Positions 37,901 to 44,519 of a stretch of DNA of 64,000 bases are shown one piece after another. This stretch comes from Candidatus Vogelbacteria bacterium. Its GTDB lineage: Bacteria > Patescibacteriota > Minisyncoccia > Phycocordibacterales > XYD1-FULL-46-19. The first letter of the stretch is position 1, and every line of letters begins with the position of its first letter. The translations under genes and the position numbers were made by a program. The stretch is from contig CAIPHT010000017.1 in NCBI GenBank assembly GCA_903864935.1, positions 16,096-80,095 on the forward strand. Reading direction: 5' to 3'. The notes beneath the pieces are model-generated. The model was not told the origin of the DNA, ran no database searches, and was given only the letters and a program-made list of their open reading frames with translations.

Positions 37901-39824
37901 TGTTAACGGTGGTGGTGGGGTCTATATGGGAGACTCAGCCAACGGTCTTTATGGTAAGTATGAGGCCTATGGTGGGAAGATAGGTATCGGCTCAATGTCC
38001 AATCATCCTGTTGGTTTGTTTACAAATAGTGTTGAGCGATTAAGTATCACCAACGGTGGTTTGGTTGGCATTGGCACCACGACACCATCGGCGAAGTTCT
38101 CTATTCAGAATGCCTTCGGCGCGACTGGGGCTCTGTTTGATATTGCCACCACCACTTCTTCAGCTTTTGCTACCTCGTCACTCTTCACCGTGTTGGCCAA
38201 TGGTAATGTGGGTATCGGGACGAATAATCCGACATTGATATCTGGAGGAAGTGGTTTACATATTAAAAATAGTAACGGTGAAGGGAATCTTAGATTGGAT
38301 AGCACAGTTGGTAATAATCAACAGGTATTTGAATTAAGGACCGAAGGAACAGTGACAGGTTTTGAATTATACGATATTACTAATGGAAAAAGTAAAATAT
38401 GGGTTAAACCGAATAATGGTGACATAATGCTGATGAACAGCAACGTTGGCATTGGCACCACTTCACCAATTGCTAAATTATCAGTGATTGGAAATACTTA
38501 TCTAGGAGGCAATCTTACCGCCACAGGCACTCTTGATGTTGCCGGTACCACAACGATACCTTTTGGTTCCAAGATTGGCGACGTTGCGGGTAGTAATTAT
38601 GTGACCGTTGAGAATAGGCCATTCGATGGGACCTATGCCAGTGGCAGTATCCCTTTGATTAAATTCAACTCCCTGTTCCCTGGTGACTCATCGGTGGGTG
38701 GGATTGATAGGAGTTTGATAATTACGGCTAGTGGTGGTGTCTCGCCTTCACTTCAATTTGCCGCTGAAGATTTTGCCGATACCGCAAATGTCGGAAAAAT
38801 TATTTATGATACCCATAATAATAGAATGGTTGTTAGTGATATTACTGGTACGGGCGCTGTTAATTCAGTTGATTTGTTCATCCCTAATGGTAATGTGACA
38901 ATTAACGGGCTTAATAGTAACGGCGCCGTCTATTCGAATGGCGGTTTGCTCACCAACACCAATCCATCCTCTCGTGATTACAAGAAGAATATTATTGACA
39001 CTAATCTTAATCTTGACGCTCTACTCGGCTTGCAAGTTAAATCATTTGTTTGGAAGAATAATGGCCAGAGTGATTTTGGTCTGATTGCCGAGGAGGTTAA
39101 GAGTGCTTTGCCTGAGCTCTATGTGGATGATGGCAAGACCAAGGGTTATCGCGCCGACCACTTACCATTCTACTTATTGCAGATTGCTCAGCGCCAAGAA
39201 GGGGAGATTAATAGTTTGAACGAGCAAATCACCTCATTGCTCGGCGCCAGCACTAGCTCACCAATTACTCTCACCGAGGGTGGTCTGATTGATCCAAGTT
39301 TACTCGCCGTCTCTAGCTCAAGCCTCGCGGTGGCGACAACAACAGCCGAGACTTCTACTTCTACCGCTTTCTCAATTATCTCTGATCGGCTGCTTACGGG
39401 TGTCGGTACTGTCAAAGAGCTTGTCTCTGAGCGCATGGTGGCGATGGTGGGCCTCTTCGATTATATCAAGGCTAAGGTGGTCGAGACGGATACGCTTAAG
39501 GTCCAGAAGGGGATGGAGATTAAAGATTCGGCCACTGGCGATATCTACTGTGTCTTGATCGTGAATGGCGAATGGCAGAAGACGAAGGGCAAATGCTCGG
39601 ATGTCCCTGTTGCGCCTACCACGCCAAGCACGCCTACTTCTCCCGCTCCCGCTGACTCTTCTTCTGGCTCTTCCACCCCTTCGACTTCCGGTGATACTAG
39701 CACCAGCACACCTAGCTCTGATACTCCGGTAATTACCACTGATTCTTCTGTCCCTCCTGCCCCAACCGAACCAGCCCCAACTCCTGATCCTGTCCCAGCT
39801 CCAGCCCTCGAACCAGCTCCCTAA
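25983..39824 (+). CDS. Giant (4613 aa) secreted fibre-like protein with ~45 GNVGIGT-type modules and a C-terminal peptidase S74-like intramolecular chaperone
   Basis: Signal/TM segment, N-terminal MSYQGRL domain, repeated G(N/L)VGIGTxxP, PSSRDYKKNI...FVWK...FGLIAEEV...LPELY followed by a coiled coil and a Pro/Ser/Thr tail. Confidence 0.85.
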   Translation: MFSVWQNFVSRKGFFGVLFLIVFSFILTPTFSAFAVTGVPATMSYQGRLANSAGDLVGGAGAIYSFKFSLWDNATVGAGSQVWPAGAPTAVNATVRQGLFNVNIGDTGSGYPDALNYDFSQNNKIYLQVEVSSDGLTYETLGPRQPITSAPFAQVAGQVSGSAVSTMGGLVVNGGVTSTHSTTTGSGYFGTALGLAGQYINSWSDLATYLPVVVGWSTSSDSTNFATLLAGTTTDALAEGVNHKYYSNVYVADYISSSSTLASSLNYWAKSGSDLSYTAGNVGVGMSPVYKLDVNGAIRANGSNIIAGGGSVFGWIFGSNGLSNVDTTLNTSAGYNILFKNGTSEQMRISSGGLVGIGTTTPTQRLDVLGNIQVNGTSSYMINGVNLAFGSTTKQNYFFGAAGNSNITGSYNTGVGKGALVTTTSGGYNTAVGRQSLYLNTIGSSNTALGNNALQSVSAGDGNVGLGADAGQYELGSNSFYLNNIDQNDTAGDKAYSLLYGKFSGVAGSLTNQFLTVNGKLNIGTTTMASTFNIQGISGVSALNIASSTGAPMFTVASNGNVGIGTNAPAYPLDVNGNAKVNGVLTVLNGTSYGILAGLSKLNLYDNAGNASYQNSYTGGWGFGIGNISPTYTLDVKGSGAAGGIFNVASSSGVSALMVSNNGNVGIGTNAPSTGLHLYDNTSTANKALMRLETTAGSGQNAGIRMIGGASNADWMIGTNRADLAGAGDSLLFYKSLGTAGTKMVIQDNGNVGIGTTSPATALHVYGATPEIRLDASGSVNAQYTLNQNNVKYGLLGLSLATDQLALGSAVGDVVLRANAGQKLMLSANGSGASSTMTLLNGLVGIGTTTPSSLLHLYGSSANPLILERNSSLANVGIQFKDTSGSWYAGKGTGTGNFAIGTDANLGASTIFNIQSNGNVGIGTSSPANPLTVADKAQIGTSITNTSQSASLVVQGTASRAAMYIQGDASRSASTDLIYSVNRYGVAGGFQMFGDHSMLIGSTGKEFQYQGSTGYVGIGTTSPSQLLTVGNNNQFTVTSGGAVSATGGFSTNGTVNAGYYQLGGIQAFAYSGTQVQVSPAAYWQSLGLFTNGSEKVSILSNGNVGIGTTTPWAKLSLQNSYGSTGALLDIATTTSSAFATSSVFYVGSNGYVAVGTNNPTNLFEVDVGGVYKVAVNAGGTFVAKNDVMTNLIGDLGSKYQKIMLDQANGLRFFAGSSASNEYMRINQSGLVGIGTTSPMATLSVMGTSTLPGVNPFVVASSSGVQLLTVLPNGNVGVGTTNPSAKLTAFSDATSGAIGDTLRVFSGLGSVALKIYSTTNGDGLIINQYYQGSGQNYIRMADIVSNSGDTSEAQIRFLTKPNSANPSEAMRITGSGFVGIGTTSPALKLHVLGTIGLPATSGTAQNGVARFSVDPAGTGYVLDMGVLSGASWLQTTIAGDLGTYGSLLLNPRGGNIGIGTATPGKTLDVNGDIRIGVNNKLYLVSTNDSNYLSYNEWNTASSIGLKFLISGNEKMRIDASGNVAIGTSTPWAKLAIQNSYGSTQALFDIATTTSSAFATSSVFYVGANGNVGIGTANPAKRLSITDANTALSAYALNISAYKSSGNFSGLSFGDDSGGTVWGAIKFKADTNNDSSLRFLTWDGTTGGTERLTIKGVGGSVGIGSTSPISTLSVKGVAGYNPFTISSSTDASLLTILQNGNVGIGTSSPATSLDVYSNTTDNIFRLMTGPAIGVMPTFTMSQGGTNNFQIGRALTLFNPNLGGIAAENDVGFSAPTNRSLYFGTAANPYLAIRNGGNVGIGTTSPPDLLTVYHDSSADTVLNISNNSLSASYGSSVLKFSQGNGEAAYISWNQANQLFKFVAGRNNFNNFSFNTVTGGAEVSRLFIQNNGNVGIGSTSPMATLSVMGTSTLPGVNPFVVASSSGAQLLTVLPNGKVGIGTTGPVTKLSLSDATSTFLTISNTNNASGVVGGMLFSSQYESTYRKGAISFVRTESNANRGYLSFALDASNTASNVDSDIIGNTKMVIDYTGSVGIGTTAPGAKLDIVGVNNQLRITNADGTNYYSIGRSNSNGYLEFSLTGANSYGYTFNGGLVGIGTTSPMATLSVMGTSTLPGVNPFVVASSSGAQLLTVLPSGNVGIGISNPAQLLDVEGRIRANTLEFGANNSYLGYLDQGGLVFNSSGVGTIYNAYSGSNLFLSSNGGNVILGMRDDGLASYNGKVGIGTSTPFAKLAIQNSFGSTQALFDIATTTSSAFATSSVFYVGANGNVGVGTNLPTNKFTVSGTVDPVRFHSTGQNVLEISSTGNSENGVRFTRSGDASYWTLGMDNNSTNDFYLGSSGFGTKYLTVLQTNGNVGIGTTTPISTLSVSGTAGINPFTIASSTGQTMLTMLQNGNVGIGTANPISPLTISKNSATTATWLNLDNTDVGGAGVMLDFTQGGGMMGRINSYYAGNGLWNLGLGTNANSGLPVLFVTNGRVGVASTTPQSTFAVSGIAGTNPFTIASSTGQTMLTMLQNGNVGIGTAAPSYPLDVVANSSGSNLNLINNPSNLSGIRFGVNGTPASSYTTIFADGRSTGYLYIKTNDIERFRIDSNGNVGIGTTTPSDILSIQGNSSILGNTPSVGLNNTDSGGRLWSIYSSGNSNSIGGGKFSIFDKTASLNRLVIDSSGNVGIGTSSPQSILHLYGATVKPRLERSVSSGAAVLDFWPSGTLSQANSVWSFGMVENNSNFSVNQWTGSQTLQRLLVDTNGNVGIGTTSPAATLDIEINNTSGASTIPVFRVGNLAGTPAYFGITLGGSASGWENIAQLQLNGTKYISLDGGQSTVDLHKNMLLDNNVSFQASSNGFNNFVPYNTAFSNGFSFDTGSIFSFQTNGSPVMTILNNGNVGIGSTTPLSTLSVSGTAGTNPFTVASSTGNAMLTMLQNGNVGIGTANPGNKLHIVGGGLSLGDSVSALTTRGLFNIHDSSNARMSITKASVGGFRFDVTGSGSSYRLNIGDDNVANSGDTNAWMTFTNLGLVGLGTTTPNANLNIFGTTNTFMRVASSTNQNIFVIDNNGDVSMSGGLALTGLTGNIITSTNVKQAIQDLDTSLYNQQNNTKEITGFPNRTDTSIAFTSGTRTFTITGTNFKLYSVGKEYTKNTESIGLPNTVGLYYIYYDKTSHNLATSTTAWGLTDGTIQVATVYWDGTTGVLGEERHGVTMDGATHEYLHHTVGTRYQSGLAGTFNSDRTFSITAGAVDDEDIEETIPLTTTGRILYHNGPTNFTYTSATSSFFDETCTGGVVCYDNAGTKAAVTNNNYVAYWIFATNDPTTPIYSMMGQRQDTSLANAQANQTYGSLTLGTLPFAEMKLLYRVIVRNNAGSTLSVDDYRSVSNLPSGTYLATLHSSLTGLTNDDHTQYALLAGRAGGQSLIGGNTAGDNLTLFGNSIDYGNIFTQPYGGSLTVGTTSTITLANTLFNVASSTGANYLTVLKNGNVGIGTSSPSTNFYVQGNSEVTGYLIAGGAYSNADTVRISLDEYTDRSRIATAGYTNKYYAGRATGVNGEHRFYVGANGSWNEALSILSSGSIGIGTTTPLAKLDLTGTLGSLADIFNVSTSTGANLVSSLFRITANGDVSIGGANLGNYSTTTINNDLVVGGGALTYSSSTGIVSIDNVELGATSFPTDAGMVSWMDMPLTSGTAAGVGVAYTANLAGNPILSIAGISDGNGDLSSFGVGIGTTSVPAFLTIQNASTTSNMPLLLFASSSGSSILSISNNGNIGIGTSTSGGTLHVINPTGITSAKFQAGTGNTITNSLLEILPNSGLSKIYFSSDNNGQRMVYLDTTGSPRMNIDNSSIVQGSNRLINWTSGDMNASADIGLSRGAAGKLYVGNGATYDYTGGLIAGSVGIGSSTPVAKLSIHDNSGLAASNPLFTIASSSAAGTGTTTLLTILGNGNLGIGTASPNSPLQISNTTATTKFIRVGTNSNPSTTANAGGIVVDVNGGGGVYMGDSANGLYGKYEAYGGKIGIGSMSNHPVGLFTNSVERLSITNGGLVGIGTTTPSAKFSIQNAFGATGALFDIATTTSSAFATSSLFTVLANGNVGIGTNNPTLISGGSGLHIKNSNGEGNLRLDSTVGNNQQVFELRTEGTVTGFELYDITNGKSKIWVKPNNGDIMLMNSNVGIGTTSPIAKLSVIGNTYLGGNLTATGTLDVAGTTTIPFGSKIGDVAGSNYVTVENRPFDGTYASGSIPLIKFNSLFPGDSSVGGIDRSLIITASGGVSPSLQFAAEDFADTANVGKIIYDTHNNRMVVSDITGTGAVNSVDLFIPNGNVTINGLNSNGAVYSNGGLLTNTNPSSRDYKKNIIDTNLNLDALLGLQVKSFVWKNNGQSDFGLIAEEVKSALPELYVDDGKTKGYRADHLPFYLLQIAQRQEGEINSLNEQITSLLGASTSSPITLTEGGLIDPSLLAVSSSSLAVATTTAETSTSTAFSIISDRLLTGVGTVKELVSERMVAMVGLFDYIKAKVVETDTLKVQKGMEIKDSATGDIYCVLIVNGEWQKTKGKCSDVPVAPTTPSTPTSPAPADSSSGSSTPSTSGDTSTSTPSSDTPVITTDSSVPPAPTEPAPTPDPVPAPALEPAP

Positions 39825-39869
39825 TTTGTCTAGGCCTTGCCTGGACAAAACCAAGTGCTTAAAATATTT

Positions 39870-42077
39870 ATGAATAAAATTTTATTTTTTATAATCTCTA
39901 TTAGTTTAGGCTTGACCTTTTCTCTTCCCGCCTTTTCTCTGGCCGCACAAATTGATTCCGCCCCCACTCGTGGCCTTGTTGGCTACTGGTCTTTCGACGA
40001 AGGGACCTCTACTATTGCCCATGATTATTCAGGGAATAAAAATAATGGGACTTTGGTGGGAACTCCTAAACCTAGTTGGGTTGCTGGTAAAAATGGTAAA
40101 GCTTTAATTTTGAATGATGCGACGCAATATGTTGATGCGGGGACAGGTAATACGGGTGTTTATAATCCGGGTCAAACCTTTACTTTGTCTGTTTGGGTAT
40201 TACCAACTGCAACCGGTAAAGCTAGTGGAGCTGATATAATTCAAAAACAAACAGGCTCTGCTTCACCGTATGCGAGTTGGTCACTTGATTTTAGTAATAA
40301 TCAGGAATTTGGGCTTGGCTTAGGTGGGACAAATAATACATTTTATGATTTCAGGGCAAAAACGCCAGCCGTTGCACTTAATCAGTGGTACCATGTTGTG
40401 GCAACTTATGATGGCACGACGATAAAAACATATTTAAATGGGGCCCTGTCTAATTCCGAAGTTTTCCCACTGACTATTAAATACACCAGTGACAAACTTG
40501 TTTTTGGATCATGGTCTTATGGTCAGGCAACTAATTTATTTGTCGGTAAAATAGATGAAGCTCGCATCTACAACCGTGCCCTAACAGCCGGCGAAATTTC
40601 TGCCCTTTATCAAACCAGCGCCACCAAGATTAATCCAGCACCGCCGATCAATAAAGCTGGTCTTAATGCTGGACTCATTGCTTATTGGACGATGGATACT
40701 CAAGATATTAATTGGACGACGAGCCGGATGATTGATAAGTCGGGGAGTGGTAACACGGGCACACTTGGAGCCTTTACTAGTACGGCCTCGGCTCTGGGTA
40801 AATTGGGACAGACGCTCAAGTTCAATGGTACGAGCAATTATCTGGTCAATAGTCAGGTGGTTAATATCACCAAGTCCACCGTCTCGGCGTGGGTCAATTT
40901 GCCGAGCTACCCCACGAGCGGGAGCTTGGGCATGCTCGCTGGTTTTGCTCAAGGTAATAATTCTGATACTCACGACAAGGACCTCTTCATCGATGGGAGT
41001 GGTAAGGCCTATTATTACACTTACACTGGCCAACTCAAGTGCACCACTGAGCCGACCAATGCCATTCCGCGCAATTCTTGGCACTTGGTCACCGGCACTA
41101 ACGATGGTGTTAACAATTATCTTTATATTGATGGACAGCTGGCCGGTTCGGTCTCCGCCGGTAATTCGTATGCTGGCTATGGTTCGGCCAACCTGCTTGT
41201 TGGGGGCAAAGTTAATTATTCCGGCTCGGTTGGTTGTGGTACCGGCAACACCACGCGCACCTATCTCCCGGCGAATACCAAGATTGATGATGTGCGCATC
41301 TACAACCGCGCGCTCTCAGCGAGTGAAGTTAAAACTTTATATAATCAGAGCCAGGGGACAAAAGTGAATGCTCCTCCGACTCTCAAACCTCTTGGTCTCG
41401 ACTCCGGCCTTGTCGGTTATTGGACAATGAACAATCAAGACATTAATTGGAAGACGATGACGATGGTAGACAAATCCGGCAAAGGCAACACTGGCACGCT
41501 CACCAACATGCCTACCTCCACTTCCCCCGTCGCCGGCAAAATTGGTCAGGCGTTGAAGTTTAATGGGAGTAGTTACGTTGATACTAATAGTGCAAGTCTT
41601 GGTCTAACAAATAGTAGTGATCTGACCGTCTCTGTTTGGTTTAAAAGAGCCGATTCGGATGTCGGCCAGCATCATTTGGTTAGTGATTATAATAAAAATA
41701 CGCCAACGGGTTGGATGTTTATGTTCGAATCTAACTACTTATGGATAAAAAATTATCAAACGAGCGCAGTGAACGCAAGAATGTCTGCATCCGTCTCAAC
41801 CATTATTGATACGAAGTGGCATCACGCAGTCGGGATAATAAAAGGAGATGGAACAGATACAAAATTATATATAGACGGCATCCTCCAAGGGAGCAGTTTT
41901 TTTGGTGGTGCGGGAGGCATTGTGACTCAATTGAACATGGGAAGCGGGAATGTAACTATCGGGAGACAGTCCTTGCCTTCTGAAAGATTTTTCAATGGCT
42001 CTATCGACGACACCCGCATCTATAATCGCACCCTTACCCCCGCCGAAGTCCTCCAACTCTACCGCCAAGGAAAATAA
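39870..42077 (+). CDS. Secreted protein with three LamG/concanavalin-A-like domains
   Basis: Three repeats of GLVGYW...D.SG..N.GTL...GK.G.AL.F...WHHV...YIDG...IDD.RIYNRAL; start at MNKILFF (ATG 39870). Confidence 0.88.
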   Translation: MNKILFFIISISLGLTFSLPAFSLAAQIDSAPTRGLVGYWSFDEGTSTIAHDYSGNKNNGTLVGTPKPSWVAGKNGKALILNDATQYVDAGTGNTGVYNPGQTFTLSVWVLPTATGKASGADIIQKQTGSASPYASWSLDFSNNQEFGLGLGGTNNTFYDFRAKTPAVALNQWYHVVATYDGTTIKTYLNGALSNSEVFPLTIKYTSDKLVFGSWSYGQATNLFVGKIDEARIYNRALTAGEISALYQTSATKINPAPPINKAGLNAGLIAYWTMDTQDINWTTSRMIDKSGSGNTGTLGAFTSTASALGKLGQTLKFNGTSNYLVNSQVVNITKSTVSAWVNLPSYPTSGSLGMLAGFAQGNNSDTHDKDLFIDGSGKAYYYTYTGQLKCTTEPTNAIPRNSWHLVTGTNDGVNNYLYIDGQLAGSVSAGNSYAGYGSANLLVGGKVNYSGSVGCGTGNTTRTYLPANTKIDDVRIYNRALSASEVKTLYNQSQGTKVNAPPTLKPLGLDSGLVGYWTMNNQDINWKTMTMVDKSGKGNTGTLTNMPTSTSPVAGKIGQALKFNGSSYVDTNSASLGLTNSSDLTVSVWFKRADSDVGQHHLVSDYNKNTPTGWMFMFESNYLWIKNYQTSAVNARMSASVSTIIDTKWHHAVGIIKGDGTDTKLYIDGILQGSSFFGGAGGIVTQLNMGSGNVTIGRQSLPSERFFNGSIDDTRIYNRTLTPAEVLQLYRQGK

Positions 42078-42119
42078 TTACCGCCAAGGCAAAAATTTCA
42101 CCGAGGTAGTTTTTTGCCC

Positions 42120-42216
42120 AATCACCGCTAGGCATTGCCTAGCGGTGATTATACGTTGCAAACAAAGGCTAAATTTATCCACATTTTTCCATTTTCCGCT
42201 AGGCATTGCCTAGCGG
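42120..42216. repeat. REP family B copies 1-2 (CCGCTAGGCA-T-TGCCTAGCGG)
   Basis: Copies at 42120-42150 and 42196-42216; the second abuts the TATAAT of the RAYT gene. Confidence 0.9.
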
Positions 42217-42222
42217 TATAAT

Positions 42223-42903
42223 ATGTTTATGTCGGAAAGGAAATTTATTTTTTCGATCGGTGAATTTTATCACATCTATAATCGTGGAGTAGAGAAGCGC
42301 GTTATCTTTAACACGGTCGCAGACAAATATCGTTTCTTGAAGTTGCTTTATTTGTGTAATGGAGGAGAGCCTTTTAAGTTCGATGAACTAAAGAGAGGTG
42401 AGGAATATCTATTCAGACGGGGCGAACCGATTGTTGATATATGCGCCTATTGTTTAATGGACAATCACTATCATCTTATCCTGAGAGAAATTAAGGAGGG
42501 CGGGATCAGTATTTTTATGCACCGGCTTGGGACTTCTTACTCAGCCTATTTTAATAAATTGAATGAACGCAAAGGGTCATTATTCCAAGATAAATTTGGG
42601 GCCAGACATTTTGATAGTGATGAATATTTGAAATATGGGATTGCTTATAATCATCTTAATCCGGTGAAAATGGTTGAGCCCAAGTGGAAGGAGGAGGGCA
42701 TTAAAGATATGGATAAGGTAAAAAAATTTATCGAGAAATATCGCTTTTCTAGTTATCTTGATTATAAGGGCCAAAAACGGAACGAAAATCGCATTTTGAA
42801 TATGGATTCTTTGCCCGAGTATTTTGATAATGCCAAGGAGTTTGACGATTACTTAACTGATTGGCTAGGTTATCATGCGGAAGAACCGCTAGGCCTTGCC
42901 TAG
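42223..42903 (+). mobile_element. REP-associated tyrosine transposase (RAYT), copy 2
   Basis: FYHIYNRG, CAYCLMDNHYHLIL (HUH), YFN...RKGSLFQDKF, YNHLNPV, YRFSSY; surrounded by REP-B. Start may be ATG 42229. Confidence 0.9.
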
Positions 42904-42977
42904 CGGTAATTTAATGTCGATAAATAAGGCTTAAATAGCCACTGCTTTTGGAGTTTTCCCTAGGCATTGCCTAGCGG
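42885..42977. repeat. REP family B copies 3-4
   Basis: accgctaggccttgcctagcggt (42885-42907, supplies the RAYT stop codon) and ccctaggcattgcctagcgg (42958-42977). Confidence 0.88.
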
Positions 42978-43040
42978 TTTTTTTGCTTGAGAGACGAATT
43001 ATGTTAGGATATATGAGACCATATGTCAGAAATGGTATAT

Positions 43041-43114
43041 GGGCCTATAGTTCAATGGTAGAACAATGGTCTCCAAAACCATCGATCGAGGTTCGAGTCC
43101 TCGTGGGCCCGCCA
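43041..43114 (+). tRNA. tRNA-Trp (CCA)
   Basis: GGGCCTATAGTTCAATGGTAGAACAATGGTCT-CCA-AAACCATCGATCGAGGTTCGAGTCCTCGTGGGCCCGCCA. Confidence 0.95.
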
Positions 43115-43171
43115 GAAACAGGATTTAAGAAGGTTTGCTTATTTTTTGCCATCGTTTATAATAGGCTTAAT

Positions 43172-43490
43172 ATGATAGAACAACCACAAGAAAACAAAGG
43201 CGAAATTGTCCCTCAAGATTTTGTTGAGGAGGTAATGAGAGCCTATAACCAAGCACTAGAATCATTAGCAAATAATCCTGATGGTTCTTAGTTTTATGTC
43301 AGACGAATTAAAAGTTAAAGCTCAAAAATTAGGTCAATTATTAGCCAATTCCAACAAGATCGATTTAGACCAGAAGATGAAAGTTCTGGGTCTTCTCAAG
43401 GATCTTACGGAGGGCAAAATTGATGAGATAATTACTTATCTCGAAGAGAAGGAAGGTTCGGGCAGTCTTGAGTTAATTCTTGCCATCTAA
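43172..43490 (+). pseudogene. Probable single small gene split by a 1-nt frameshift near 43283
   Basis: MIEQPQ...LANNPD stops at TAG 43289-43291. Removing one G from gatggttctt gives NPDVLSFMSDELK..., joining the 43281-43490 ORF. Confidence 0.45.
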
Positions 43491-44394
43491 TTCTCTTGTC
43501 CCGTTTAAACCAGGTTAGCTGGCGTTTACTGTATTTTACTATCTCTCGATAAAGTTGCTCGATCATCTCCTGTTTGGTAATTTTTCCGCCAGCTGGCGGA
43601 TGCAAAAAGCGTGACACATGGCGATATTCTAAACCTAAATTCTCAAGGCGCTTCCACGACACACCATTCTGGTGTATTTTTTTTACCTCAGCCACCATCC
43701 CACTCTTAATTCTCTCAACTAGGCGTTTATAGATTTTTTTGTTTAATTTTTCTTGGTCAATTTTAATACCGATAATTTCAAAATCATATTGTGAATTGCG
43801 AAGTCCAACTTCGGGCTCTCTTGAAGTTGGACTTCTCAATTCAGGCACCTTGCCCAATTTTTTGGCAATTTCAATCGCTCGAATTAATCTAACCGGATTT
43901 TGGCTATCAATAGTCTTGGCTCGCGCTGAGTCTAGTTTTTTAAGCATAGCAAAAAGTTGAGCGGGAGTTTTTTTGCTTAGCTCAGACCGAAGTTTTTTGT
44001 TCGGCTCAACCTCAGGCAAAACAAGGTTGTCAACGACCGCCTGAATATAGAAGCCGGTACCGCCGACAATAATCGGTGTCTTGCCTCGAGCGATAATTTC
44101 TTTGATTTTCTTATCAGCCAGCTTTTTGAAATCCGAGACGGTAAAAACTTTTTTGGGGCTTATCACATCAAGCAAGTGGTGGGGGATGCCGGCCATCTCC
44201 TTCTTGGTGACTTTGCCACTGCCTATATCTAAGCCCTTATAGACTTGTCTGGAGTCAGCGCTAATAATCTCACCCCCTACCTTCTTCGCCAGTTTGATAG
44301 AATAGGCGGTCTTACCACTAGCCGTCGGTCCGACGATAACGTAGATTTGAGGCCTATTCTTGGGTGTTTTTACTGGATTGATTTTCTCTCTCAT
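43432..44394 (-). CDS. miaA: tRNA dimethylallyltransferase
   Basis: GPTASGKT, ISADSRQVY, PHHLLDV, VGGTGFY, RLIRAIEI, YSKRQLTWF. Confidence 0.95.
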   Translation of the reverse strand: MREKINPVKTPKNRPQIYVIVGPTASGKTAYSIKLAKKVGGEIISADSRQVYKGLDIGSGKVTKKEMAGIPHHLLDVISPKKVFTVSDFKKLADKKIKEIIARGKTPIIVGGTGFYIQAVVDNLVLPEVEPNKKLRSELSKKTPAQLFAMLKKLDSARAKTIDSQNPVRLIRAIEIAKKLGKVPELRSPTSREPEVGLRNSQYDFEIIGIKIDQEKLNKKIYKRLVERIKSGMVAEVKKIHQNGVSWKRLENLGLEYRHVSRFLHPPAGGKITKQEMIEQLYREIVKYSKRQLTWFKRDKRIRWQELTQDCPNLPSLRDK

Positions 44395-44430
44395 ATCGTT
44401 TAAAATAAACCTAGTTCACTAAATAAGCAA

Positions 44431-44514
44431 GCCGAAGTGGCGGAATTGGTAGACGCGCACGACTCAAAATCGTGTATCGCAAGATGTGAGAGTTCGATTC
44501 TCTCCTTCGGCACC
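44431..44514 (+). tRNA. tRNA-Leu (CAA)
   Basis: GCCGAAGTGGCGGAATTGGTAGACGCGCACGACT-CAA-AATCGTG...GAGAGTTCGATTCTCTCCTTCGGCACC. Confidence 0.95.
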
Positions 44515-44519
44515 CACAT

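Noticed and set aside
25983-39824. Prophage inferred from tail-fibre-like motifs
   Set aside because: The protein has a signal/TM N-terminus and there is no capsid, terminase, portal or integrase gene.
42120-42977. REP-A/REP-B copies as CRISPR repeats
   Set aside because: Spacing is irregular, REP-A orientation is mixed, and the copies cluster around HUH transposases.
42983-43171. ORFs running across tRNA-Trp (likewise 44437-44832 and 16666-16947)
   Set aside because: They overlap clear tRNA cloverleafs.
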